Positions 35,317 to 47,585 of a stretch of DNA of 64,000 nt are shown in pieces. The stretch comes from Phaeosaccion multiseriatum (Eukaryota; Protista; Ochrophyta, other classes), in NCBI GenBank assembly GCA_965112735.1, contig OZ218964.1, positions 2,294,001 to 2,358,000 of the forward strand, written 5' to 3'. The notes beneath the pieces are model-generated. The model worked only from the letters and a program-made list of their open reading frames with translations. It did no database searches and was not told the DNA's origin. Position 1 is the stretch's first letter; the number at the start of each line of letters is the position of its first letter. The translations under genes and the position numbers were made by a program.

Positions 35317-38300
35317 ATGCCCTTCCAGTTCACTCAGCACCACAAACCCCCGCCGCTCTCTCTTTTCCTCCTCGCTCTGCTTGCTTGCTCCCCCCCCCCC
35401 TGCCCGTCCCTCCCCTCTTGTTGCCGCAGCACCATTCCCCACTCCAGTCGCTCCGTGGCGATCCACGGCAGGCTCCGCCCGCTCAGGAGGGCGGTGGTGG
35501 CAGTGACCATGGTAGCTGCTTGTCTGCTGTGTGCGTGTGCGAGAGCACAGGCAGCAGCGACAGCAGCCACCGCCCCGTATGGCGCGGCGAAGGGCAGTAG
35601 CAGGGGTTTAAGGGTGCTCTCTCGCTCGCATCGTATAAGGTGAGCATTTGGCTCAGATTGTTGTCTTTCTTGAGTTGAGACTCCTGAGAGAGAGGGAAGG
35701 GGGGCGGACGCCATTGGCTGCCCTGGTTGGGTGCAGGCGACTACCACGTGGTGGACTTGGGCACCGGGGGCGGGGGAAGGCATGGTCCAGGCTCACACTG
35801 TGTAGACACACTTAGCCCCGCTGCTGTGCCTTCAAGGGCGAGCGGCAAGGTCCCCACCCCCTCCGGACTCAAGTCTCAGCAACGCTGCAATACCATTGCC
35901 AAGCTTGTGTGAGACAGTGACGAAGCAGAACCCAGTCTGACCCTGTCTTTGTGCTCCGCTGCCCACACGACTGCACTGCCGTGCCCACACAGGCCTAGAC
36001 AGGGGGGGGCTACACTGGCCTTCGCTCCTCCGGGGGGGGGGGGGACATCTCCCCACTGGGCAGGCGTATGGGCAGGGGCGGCTTCTGCACCAGGCACACG
36101 CGCCCACAGGGGGAAGCAGCCAACACGCCCTGCTGGGCAGAAGCAGGCCTCGACAAGCGTTGGGGTCTTCAATGTCAATGTCTTCGATATCGGCCATTCC
36201 GGCGGTCCGGAGGCCTCGATTTCAGGCTCCAATCACGGCCACTTGTGCCCTGAGTGGCCGTTGCCAGCAGCATCAGCAGCAGTTGGTGCTACAGCAACGG
36301 CGTCAGTACCTGGGGTCGGGTTGTGGGGGCTGTGGGGTTCAGAGGCGACGGGACCGTCGCTGGAGCAGCTTGGCCTCCGCCTCTCCCCAGGGGGGAGCGG
36401 ACTTCCCAGGGGGGGACGGAGCGGCGGGCGTGGTGGAGCGCCTGCCCGAGGAAACAGAGACGCAAGTACCTGGTGTCAGGAGGGGCGGTGGGGGCGGAGG
36501 AGTGTTCGCAGTGGCTGCGGCGCGGCGGATGGCCGTAGCGGCGGGCAGGAGGGCCGAGGAGAGCAGAGCCAAGGGCGAGGAGATGAAGGAGCCAAGTTCG
36601 CGCACACACGCACGCTCACCACCGCGCCCGACACCAGGTAGCACTGCAAGTTCGAGTGCAAGGGCGGCACGGGGCAGCACCAGGCCCAGCACAGCGCTGA
36701 AGCTCAAGGGGGCTGAGAGGGCCAACTCCTCATCTGCCCCGGCCAAGAAGGCCGAGGAGGAAGGAGGCAGGACTCCGCCCCCGCATGCGCAGCCCCTCGC
36801 CTTCGCTGTGGACAGGGACGCAGCGGCAGGGGCATTGCATGGGGCAGGGGTAGGGGCAGGGGCAGACACATCAGCCCGCTTTAGTGGCGGGGAAGCCGGC
36901 CAGCAAGCGCTGCAGCAACAGGAGGAGGAGGAGGATGAGGAGAAGGAGGATGGAGGAGGGGTGGGAGTGGGAGCGGGAATGGATGTGGCGGAGATAGAGA
37001 TGCAGGTGGGGGAGGTGGGGGAGGTGGCGGAGGAGGGGGAGGAGGAGGGCCCCATTGAGGTGCAAGTGCAGATTGTATCCACTCGCGAGCAGGCTCGGCA
37101 GGTGGTGCAGAGACTCATGGAGGCCCCTCCCTCTCTGTACCACGCGGTGGACACCGAGGTCATGGACATTGACCTCAAGCGAGTGGGGCCGGTGGGCAAT
37201 GGAAGAGTGACTTGCATCAGCGTGTACAGCGGACCGGACTTCGACTACGGAGAAGGGAAGGGCAAGGTTAGTGGCAGGATGTGGGGGTGTGGGAGGAGGG
37301 AGCGTGGTGGAGTGTCGGTGTGTGTGTTTGTGTGTTTGTGTGTTTGTGTGTGTGTGTGCGTGTGTGTGCGTGTGTGTGGAAGGCACAGGGGAGACTACGG
37401 GCGGGAAGGTGTTTGTGGGTGGATGAGGGCAGCTTTTGTCTGTCTTTGGCCTCACAAGCTTTGTGTCGAGGGCCGCCCCGGGATCTGATGGAAGTCCGAG
37501 AGCGACTCACTTGCAGTGGGAGGGGGACAACTTATGAAGCATACGGGTTGCTGCTGCCGCTGTATCACCAACTGCGGCTGCTGTATCACCAACTCGCGCC
37601 CTCCGCCGTGGTGCTGTGCGTCGTCGCTCACTCACTGTCCGTCCGATGTGTGTCGGTCCATAATCCGAAACCCATCGATGTCCTGACCTATCTACCTGCC
37701 TACCTACATACCCACCTACCTACCTACCTACCCACCTACCCGCCTACCTACGTTGGTGCTCTGCCCCCCCACTGACGGCCCTGTGGCTGCCTGACAGGTG
37801 CTGTGGGTGGACAACATCGGCGAGGCTGACGGCGTGGTGGAGGAGTTCGCGCCCTTCCTCTCCAGCGAGACACACAAGAAGGTGCGGCACAACTTCGCTC
37901 TATCCCCAACCCTGACCCCCACCCAACCTCACGACCCTCAACTCGTTAGGTTACGTAACCTTTCTTAATTGCAAAGAGTTTCACGCACGCCTTCATTCCC
38001 TCCTACCCTTCCTACCCTAAAGGTGTGGCATAACTACGGCTTCGATAGGCACGTGCTGTACAACGCCCCGGACAAGAGGGAGGGGCAGAGCATCAACTGC
38101 CTGGGCTTCGGAGGTGAGGCGAGGAGGGAAGGAGGGAAGGAGGGAAGGAGGGAAGGAGGGGAGGAAGGAGGGAAGGAGGGAAGGAGGTGAGGTGGTCGGA
38201 GGAGGGTGGGTGTGTGTGTGGGGAGGCATAGTGAGTAGGCGACCCCTCACCCCCTGGGCCCTCCCTGTCATTCAAGGTCGATGTCGAAATGCCTCCAATG

Positions 38301-40628
38301 TGGACATGGAAATACCCCCAAAATCGATGTCGAAATGCCTCCAATGTGGACATCGAAATACCCCCAATATCGATTTTGACATGTGTAACGCCAATGTACC
38401 AACAGGCGACACCATGCACATGGCACGGCTGTGGGACTCGAGCATGGAGAAGAGGGCGGGAGAGGGGGGCTTCAGCCTTGGGGCCCTCAGCAACCTGCTG
38501 CTCGGTAAGTCACGGATGGCAGTCTACGGGGGATGGGAGTGAGGGATGGGATGGGATAGGATGGCACTTCACGGGGGGGGGCCCTTGGGGGACGTTTGGA
38601 AGGGTATGTGGGTGGAGGCGGGTGCTTGACCCGGGGGGGTGGAAAGGATTCGTGGTAGGCCTCGTCCTTTCCCTCTCTGCCTCTCTCTCTGTCTCTCTGT
38701 CTCGCTTTGTCTCTGCCTCTCTCTCTCTCTCTCGCCTCTCTCCCTCTCCATCTCTTTCTCCCTCGCTTTCTCCCCCCTCTCTACTCTCCCTTCCTCCCCC
38801 TCTCAAACTTCCAAACTCTCCACCCGTCGCTCCTGATCCTCCTCCCCCTATGCCATCCACTGCCATCCACTGCCATCCACTGCCTCCCCCCTCTCCATCA
38901 ATCAGGGGCTCGTCACCGCAAGGAAAGCATGAAGGAGCTGTTCGGAGTGGGCAAGCTCAAGAAAGATGGCACCCCAGGCAATGTCTTGGTCATTCCCCCT
39001 GTGTTCGACCTGCAGACCAATCCTGACACCAGGGACAGGTGAGGGAGGAAAATGGAGCGGGAAGGAAGGAAGGAGGGAGAGAGGGAGGGAGAGAGGGTGT
39101 AAGAGCGAAGGAAGGGAGAGAGGGAGAGAGGGAGGGAGGGAGGGAGGGAGAGAGAGAGGGAGAGAGAGAGGGAGGGAGGGAGGGAAGGAGGGAGGGAGGG
39201 AGGGAGGGAGGGATTCCGTCCCATGGCGTACCCAAGAAGGAGGGGACCCACTGAACCCAAGCAAGCCCCCACCTGCCCATATACCTGCTGCTGCTCAGTC
39301 CCAAGGCCTCCTCCTCCCCCCACCGCCCTTGTCATGCCCTTGTACGCCCGTATGCCCGTATGCCCGTATGCCCGATTCATTCCCTTTCGCCCCTCCCCTG
39401 ACTTACTACACGCACAGGTGGATCCGCTACAGCGCCTACGACGCCCAAGCCACCTGGCTGGTGCACCAACACCTGCAGAAGAAGCTCTCAGACATGGTCT
39501 GGAGAACAAGGGGGGGCCGCAAGTACAGCATGCTCGACTTTTACAACCAGTACCTGGTGCCCTTTGGCGAGCTGCTGACGGATATGGAGCGCCAGGGTAT
39601 CTACGTGGAGACCACTGACTACCTCTCTCACATAGAGGTGCAGGCCAAGCAAGACAGGGACCGCTACCTCCAGGTGTGTGGTGGGTGGTGTGTAGTGAGA
39701 TGTTACTCTTAGGTAAACCCATAGATGGCACTTTGAGGGGGTAGTATAGTGCCATAGTGGCTACCTCAGCGGTGTGGTGTATGGTGCTCACCTGCGCAGC
39801 GCACTTGATTCCTCACTCACGTTTTGCTCACTTGACTCTCACTCACCAAGTCAGTCAGTCAGTCAGTCAGTCAGTCAGTCAGTCAGTCAGTCAGTCAGTC
39901 AGTCAGTCAGTCAGTCAGTCAGTCAGTCAGTAAGGGAGGAAGGAAGGAAGGGAGGAAGGAGAGAAGTCCCACTGGATGCCGAAGTCTCACTCGATGCCCC
40001 CCCCCCCCCCTCAAGGTCTTCACTGACTGGGTAAAGGTCAAGTGCCCGGAAGCCGACGCCTTCAACCCGAGCAGTGCCTCACAGATTCAGACGCTGCTCT
40101 TCGGGGGCTGCAAGGACCGCAGGTGGGCTGCCGTATCACCAACTGCCAGGGGTGGGGAGATGTGGATGCTTTGTACTGTCGTGTTTTGTGTTTTGTGTTT
40201 TGTTTTGTCGTCCTGTGTGTTGGATGCCAGATGGACTCTCCTGCCTTCTTCCTCCCTCCGGTCTCTGCTGCCTTCCTCCTCCCCCATGTCTCTGACCACC
40301 CTCTCAACCACCCTCCCTGCATGTGTTGCACAAGGGAAGCATACTCACTGTGCGCTCCAAACTCGCACCTCTCTTCCTCCGCACTACAACCCCCCTCCTT
40401 ACTCCCTTCTCCGCTGTATCACCAACTGCTGCAGGAACAAGGAGATCATCCCTCGTGAGCGTGCCTTTCGCGTGGAGCGCTGCGCCAAGGAGGTGGAGGC
40501 GTCCCAAGGCGTGCAGGTGAGTAATGAGTCACACATGTCGCATCATCGCATCAGTCACAAGGGGGATTCTCAGACTCAAAAGCTTTGACTCAAAAGCTTC
40601 CAAACTGGAAGGGGAACTCTTAGTGCTG

Positions 40629-40687
<59 letters not shown>

Positions 40688-42406
40688 TCTCTCTCTCGGG
40701 AGCTACCCTCACCGCGACCCTCACCGCGAACCACATACTTGCTTGCCTGAGGTGTATTGAGAGAGAGAAGTGTCGGTGTGTGCGTGTGTGCGTGTGTGCG
40801 GGACGCCCAACACACAGGCAACCAAACCCTTCCTTACCTGCCCTTGCCTTGCCGGGCTCTCCCCTCCCTCCTCTCCGCCGTCCCTTTGGTGGCTGTATCA
40901 CCAACTGCTGTAGGACGAGTGGAGCGGCATGACCGCTGTGATGCTGAAACAACACTGTAAGGAGAAAGGCCTCAAGCTCAGCGGCTCCAAGCAGCAGCTG
41001 CTGAAGCGTCTCAGGGGGGAGGAGAAGCCTGAGGTGAGGTAGAGCGGGACAGCGGGGGGAGGGGGAAGAAGGGGGAGGAGAAGGAGGGAAGGGAGGGAGG
41101 GAGGGAGGGAGGGAGGGATGGAGGGAGGGAGGGAGGGAGGGAGGGAGGCCTGGGGGCGTGTATGTGGGGATAGCAACCGTGATGGCGAACAAGTGCTGAA
41201 GAAGACGCACGGCTCCACCACCGCTCCGCTGCTCTCTCTCTCACCCCCTCTCCCTCTCCGCTGCTCCAATATGCTACATATGTGTGTGTGTGTGCGTGCG
41301 TGCGTGTGTGCGTGTGTGCAGGTGGGCGCTGAGTTCAAGGCGATGAAGGTCGGGGACCTTCGCTGCGCCTGCCTGGCAAGGGGGCTGAGCGAGGAGGGCA
41401 CTAAGGCGCAGCTCGTGCAGAGGCTAAAGGACGACGCGCTGTTCATGCTCGGCCTCTCCGCAGAGGAGCAGGTATGTATGTATGTGTGTGTATGTGTGTG
41501 TATGTATGTATGTATGTATGTATGTATGTATGTATGTATGTATGTATGTATGTATGTATGTATGTATGCATGCATGTATGCATGCATGTATGCATGTATG
41601 TATGTGTGTGAGTGTATGTGTATGTGTGTATATTCATTGATGTATGTGTGTGTGGGAGGGGGTGAAGCAGGGTAGCCATGTGCCGAGGGTGGTTGGTTGG
41701 GTGTGCTGCCTGTTTCGATGATTGCTTGCTTTACCCCTATCCCTCCCCCTCCCTCCTTCCCCACCCGTCACAGGAGAAAGAGGAGGCCCCGCCCCCCAAG
41801 CCGTTGAGCAAGTATAGAGACATGTACGTGTCCAGTCTCGGCCTCACCCCCTTCAAGTTCACCAAGGGAGGCGCCCCTGCAGTCACCATGGACGTGCTTA
41901 GGAGCCTGGCAGGCAAGCCTCGAGAGGAGCCGCCAGTCTACGGGCCTGCCTTTGAGCACTTTCAAGGCGGGGAGGAGGGGAAGGAGGCGTGCTTGGCATT
42001 GGATGCGCTGTGTCAGATGGGGGGGATTGACACCATGATTAGCAACTTTCTGCTGCCGCTGCAGGAGCTGGCGGACGAGAATAGCCGAGGTGAGGGGAAG
42101 GGCTGCTGCTGTATCACCAACTGCTCCTGCTCCTGCTGCTGCTGCTCCTGCTGCTGCTGCTCCTGCTGCTGCTGCTGCTGCTGTTACTATCGCTTCCGCT
42201 CGCCCTCTTGTTTCGCCCACAACACGCACACTGACGCCCCTCCCCTCCTCCCTCCGCCTCCCCCCCCTCACCGCAGTCCACTGCAGCCTTAACCTCAACA
42301 CGGAGACGGGGCGCTTGTCGGCACGGCGCCCCAACCTGCAGAACCAGCCCGCCCTCGAGAAAGACTCGTACAAGATCAGGTCCGTATCAACACACACACA
42401 CACATA

Positions 42407-42475
<69 letters not shown>

Positions 42476-44841
42476 CCATGTCGATATAGATGCTTGATAA
42501 CTTGTCGGTATTCGATATTGATCTCTAGTTTCTAGTTTCTAGTTATTCGCCCTTCCCCTGAAACTTACGATGACGTACTTCCGGAACTGGCCCACTCCAA
42601 CATATCAAGTCAACAAATAACCCCCCAACATACTAAGTCAATAAATACCCCCTCCAACATATCCCAACAGGGCCGCCTTCCGCGCGGAGGAGGGCAAACG
42701 CCTCATCGTGGCAGACTATGGTCAGCTCGAGCTGCGCTTACTTGCACACATGAGCAAGTGCAAGAGCATGATCAAGGCCTTTGAGGAGGGGGGCTGCTTC
42801 CACAGCAGGACGGCCATGGGCATGTTCCCTCATGTCAAGGAGGCAGTTGACAAGGGGGAGGTGTTGCTTGGTGCGTGGGGGGAGGAGAAGGAGGGGGGAG
42901 GGAGGGGGGTGGATGTCTTTGTGTTTCGTTCGTTGCTTTTGCTTTACTCGAAACAGATGGTCTTGGGGTGGGGAGGGAGAGGAGAGGAGGGGAGAGGAGA
43001 GGAGAGGAGGGGAGAGCAGAGTAGAGGCGTATGGTATGGGCGGAGGGGAGGGCAGAGGGTGGGCTTCCCTCGTACTCTTGTTAGCGCTGTGGGTTTTGCT
43101 TTCCTCAGAATGGAGGTAGACGTCTCCCTCCCTCTCTCCGTCCCTTCCTTCCTCTTTCTCTTCCCCTCCACCCGCTCCTTCACCCTTCACCTCCTCCCTC
43201 CTTCCCTCCCTCCCTCCTTCCCTCCCTCCCTCCCTCCCTCCCTCCCTCCCTCCCTCCCTCCCTCCCTCCCTCCCTCCCTCCCTCCCTCCCTCCCTCCCTC
43301 CCTCCCTCCCTCCCTTGCTGCCCCCCCCCCCCCACAGAGTGGGACTACAGCAAAGGCGAGAAGCCCGACCGCCCTCTTGTCAAGGACAAGTTCGCCTCTG
43401 AGCGGCGCAGAGCCAAAACACTCAACTTCTCCATCGCTTACGGAAAGACGCCCCACGGGCTGTCCAAGGACTGGGGAGTGTCCGTCACAGAGGCCAAGGT
43501 CAGAGGGAGGGAGGGAGGGAGGGAGGGAGGAGGGAGGGAGGGAGGGAGGGAGGGAGGGAGGCAGAGAGGGAGGGAGGGAGGGAGGAGGGAGGGAGGGAGG
43601 GAGGAGGGAGGGGGTGGAGGGTGATAGGAGATGAAGAGGGAGGGCGGGAGGAAGGCTGAGTTAGTCAGGGGGAGGCGGCCGTTGGACCAATAGAGGCATA
43701 TCGGTTGGACCAATAGAGGCATGTAGAGGCATATCGGCGGATGATATGGCCGGGCGGGGGCTTGGCGGCAGACGACGAGGAGCGAAGAGCAAGCAGGGAG
43801 GAGCAAGCAGCAAGCAGCAAACAACAAGCAGTAAGGAGCAAGCAGCAAGCAGCAAGGAGCAAGGAGCAAGCGATGTATCTATGGGGGCTGTTGTTCCGTC
43901 TTGTGGCCCTTGGCTTCTCTTCTTGCTCCTTGTTGGAGTTGGGCCCCAATGTCCTTGTTCGGTTTGGGTCCCACTCTGTCCATCTCTTGTGGATAGCCCT
44001 CGTGCCTTCAGGAGATGGCACCCGAACCAACAAACCTCCGAAACTTACCCTGTCCTGACACGCCTCCCCATTGCCCGCCCCGAAACTCCCCGTTGCCCGC
44101 CCCGAAACTGCACGAACCTCTCAACTCCCCTTTGATGTGGTTTCTGTGATGTGTGGTTTCAGGAGATGCTGGACGCGTGGATCGCGGACCGGCCCGAGGT
44201 GGCTGAGTGGCAGGAGGGAGCCAAGAAATGGGCCCGAGAGAACGTACGTGACTATTCAACCCGTTTTTTACCCCCTTTTGTAACCACTCAACCCCTTATG
44301 CGACCCTTTCGGAGGAAAGAGGCGGGTAGGGAAGAAAGCTTTGAACAGGGCGCAAAGAAGCCACCCCCCCCACCTCCCTCCCTGGCGAGTGGAAAGGCAT
44401 CGGATCGATCGGTCCTGCCGCCCCTGACCCTGGCACTGAACATGCCCTCCTCTCCCCTTTCCCCTCTCCCCCTTCTCCCTCCTCTCGTCCGGCTCTCCTC
44501 AGCGCTCCACACGCACGTTGATGGGACGCTATCGGAATCTGCCCGACATTACGTCCTCCAATAAGGGCGTGAGGGGACACATGGAGCGGGCAACTATCAA
44601 CACGCCTGTGCAGGGGGGGGCGGCGGACATCGCTATGATGGCCATGCTCAAGCTCAGGAAGTGAGTGAGTTGGTTATACAAGGAGCATCACAGGGATGGT
44701 ATTGTAGTAGAGGGCAGGACATGCTCGACGTGGCTTGCGCCGCACCACAGCAGTTGGTGATACACCGCACACCACGTACAACACACACATACACACGCAC
44801 GCACGCACATACGCACACACACACACACGCACACACCCACC

Positions 44842-44910
<69 letters not shown>

Positions 44911-45775
44911 GGTCTAGGTGGAGGTTGAGTAGAGGGCTTCCTCGCGCCCGCGTGCTGCATCGGCCCGTATGCTTCCAACTGCCTCGCACCCTCCCGCCTG
45001 CCCCATCCGTGCGACTCTAATGCCCCTCCCCCGCTCCCTCCCTGCCCATGTGCCCGCTGCTCTCATCCGTCTCGTCGCCCTGTGTGCGCGATCCCGTCGC
45101 TTGCGTGCAGGAGCGAGCTGTTGGAGAAGCTGGGCTGGAAGCTTCTGCTGCAGGTGAGGCTCTAACCCCCTCCCTCCCTCCCTCCCTCCCTCCCTCCCTC
45201 CCTCCCTTCAAGAGCGCCCCCCGCCCTTGGTCCCTCAGACGCCTTTTCTCTCGCCTTTGATCCCCACATTGACCTCGACATTGACCCCGACATTGACCTC
45301 GACATTGTGACCTCGACATTGTGACCTCGATATTGACCTCGGCTTTTGCCTTGTAGGTACATGACGAGGTGATTCTCGAGGGGCCCGAGGAGTCCGTAGA
45401 GGAGGCCATGAAGGAGGTACGCGCTGTCTCATGATCAAGGAGGGACACAGGGGTGGAGGGGGAGGTGGCGGAGCATATCAGCGGAGCATCGCAAGGGCAG
45501 AGGAGACGTGGGCCATCGCTTAGGGCAGGGGATGCGAAAACACCGCGAAAACACCGCGAAAACACCGCGATTCCTCCCCCTTACGCGACTCTGTCTGGCC
45601 CCTCCCCTGCGCGCCCTGTCCCCCCCCTGCCCCTCCTCCCTGTGTGTGCGTGCGTGTTTGCGTGCAGGTGGTGCATCTGATGGAGAACCCCTGGTGTGAC
45701 CTGGGCCTCGACAAATTGCTGGTGAAGCTGACGGTGGATGCTGACCACGCCAAGACCTGGTATGAGGCCAAGTGA
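35317..45775 (+). CDS. Plant/protist organellar DNA polymerase (POP, family A) with 3'-5' exonuclease and two inserted SAP domains
   Basis: Many exons. Exo motifs [40 protein letters not shown]; [21 protein letters not shown]; motif [16 protein letters not shown]; motif [15 protein letters not shown]; [11 protein letters not shown]; motif [14 protein letters not shown]; ends TWYEAK* at 45775. Start uncertain (in-frame ATGs 34960, 35173, 35317, 35509, 36172). Confidence 0.93.
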
Positions 45776-45847
45776 GGGGCTGCACGAGAGAAAGAGAGAG
45801 AGAGAGAGAGAGACGCAGAGGGAAAGGGAGAGGGAAAGAGACACAAA

Positions 45848-46111
45848 GGTGTCAGAGGACGAGCTGGTGTCAGGACGAGCGGCGTCAGATGACGAGCAGT
45901 AGTCAGGACGAGCTGGTGTCAGGACGAGCTGGTGTCAAAGGACGAGCTGGTGTCAGGACGAGCTGGTGTCAGGACTTGCTGGTGTCAGAGGACGAGCTGG
46001 TGTCAGGACGAGCTGGTGTCAGGACGAGCTGGTGTCAGGACATGCTGGTGTCAGAGGACGAGCTGGTGTCAGGACGAGCTGGTGTCAGGACGAGCTGGTG
46101 TCAGGACGAGC
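45848..46111. repeat. 16-bp minisatellite GTCAGGACGAGCTGGT just downstream of the POP stop
   Basis: About 15 degenerate tandem units. Confidence 0.9.
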
Positions 46112-46965
46112 TTCTCTCTCTCTCTCTCTCTCTCTGTGTGTATGTCTCCCGGACTCCGCACCGCTTGTTCCCCTTGGGGGAGGGGGGTGACATGGAGGCC
46201 ACCCCCCTGGAGAGGGGATGGCGAATGCGGGCACGATGAAGCACAACGAGTGGACAGCAGCCAGCAGGAGCAGTAGCAGTTGGTGATACACCAGCAGCAG
46301 AAGCAGCGGCAGGGATAGCAGCGCAGCGTCTGCGACCAGTTGGCTGGCCTTAACTCAAGAGGAACGATGGCAGCGGAGTGAAGAGGCAAGCAGGCAGGCA
46401 GGCGGTTGGCAGGCAGGCAGCCAGGCGGGTAGGCAGGCAGGCAGGCAGGAGGTAGGGAGGGTGGCAGCCGGTGGGTCTCCTCTTACCTCTGCGTCAGAGG
46501 GGGTGGGCAGACAGACGGAGAGGCAGTCAGACCGAGCGGGGAGGGGGGGGGGGCATGGACACGGGTGACTGGAGCGCGACAAGCAGAAGGAGAAGGAGAA
46601 GTGGTCCACCTCAGACGTACGTCACCAGGCGCCAAGGCACTGAGGCACTGAAGCATGCGTCCTTGTGTGACGATGGCTTGACCGAGAACGAGATCGAGGC
46701 CGGCGTGAATGACATCACCAAGTACCATCCTGGATGCCCCGCGGGCGGCGCGATTCTCGGCCAAGGATCCTTGGAGATGATCATCAATGGAGAGATCATC
46801 ACCAAGCTCGGGGAGTACAGGACAAGGTCGACAACGGCGGCTCGATGAGGGCCTCCAACAACGTCGAGTCCTGGTCCTGGCAGACCAAGCGTCACACCCA
46901 CATGATGTACCGCTTGAAGGACGAGGAGGAGGAGCTCCAGCCGTTCAGCAGTGCAGTGTCGTCTC

Positions 46966-47149
46966 GATGAGGCAGACTCCACACCCTCCACCAGCGATGT
47001 CGATGAGGCAGACTCAACACCCTCCACCAGCGATGTCGATGAGGCAGACTCCACACCCTCCACCAGCGATGTCGATGAGGCAGACTCCACACCCTCCACC
47101 AGCGATGTCGATGAGGCAGACTCCACACCCTCCACCAGCGATGTCGATG
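46966..47149. repeat. 36-bp tandem repeat x5 at the left border of the ankyrin array
   Basis: GATGAGGCAGACTC(C/A)ACACCCTCCACCAGCGATGTC repeated with no spacers. Confidence 0.9.
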
Positions 47150-47585
47150 CTCTGGGCGCGCTGCTGGAGACTCGCCTCTACCCCGCATTCACAGATGGAT
47201 ACAATTGCGGTACTCCGTATCCACTGCCTCCCCGCTGCTCTCTTCCGTCCGCTGGGAAACAGGGCTCACCCGTACGCTTCTATCTGATCCCCACTTGATA
47301 TTGCCGAGGGCAGGGCTCTCTTTAGCTCTTTTCTTGTTAGCACCGGGGAAGTCACTTAGTATTAACTTTAGCTTTTCTTGTTAGATTACGTAATCTTTCG
47401 TAATAGCAAAGTGCTTCATCAGTCACTGAGTACGCGTAGACTCGATTGGGCGGAGCTTGCCTTTCGCGGCGCCTAGGACCTGGCTGCATGACTGGTGCAA
47501 GCGAGCAAGCTGGAGCGGTACTCTTTCGTTGCCAAAGTCCTCGTTGCCCCTTCCAGCCCCCACCTCGCACATCCCTCCTACTCGC

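Noticed and set aside
46966-47149. CRISPR array (36-bp repeats; also 1023-1141)
   Set aside because: Head-to-tail repeats with no unique spacers, no cas genes, eukaryotic context.
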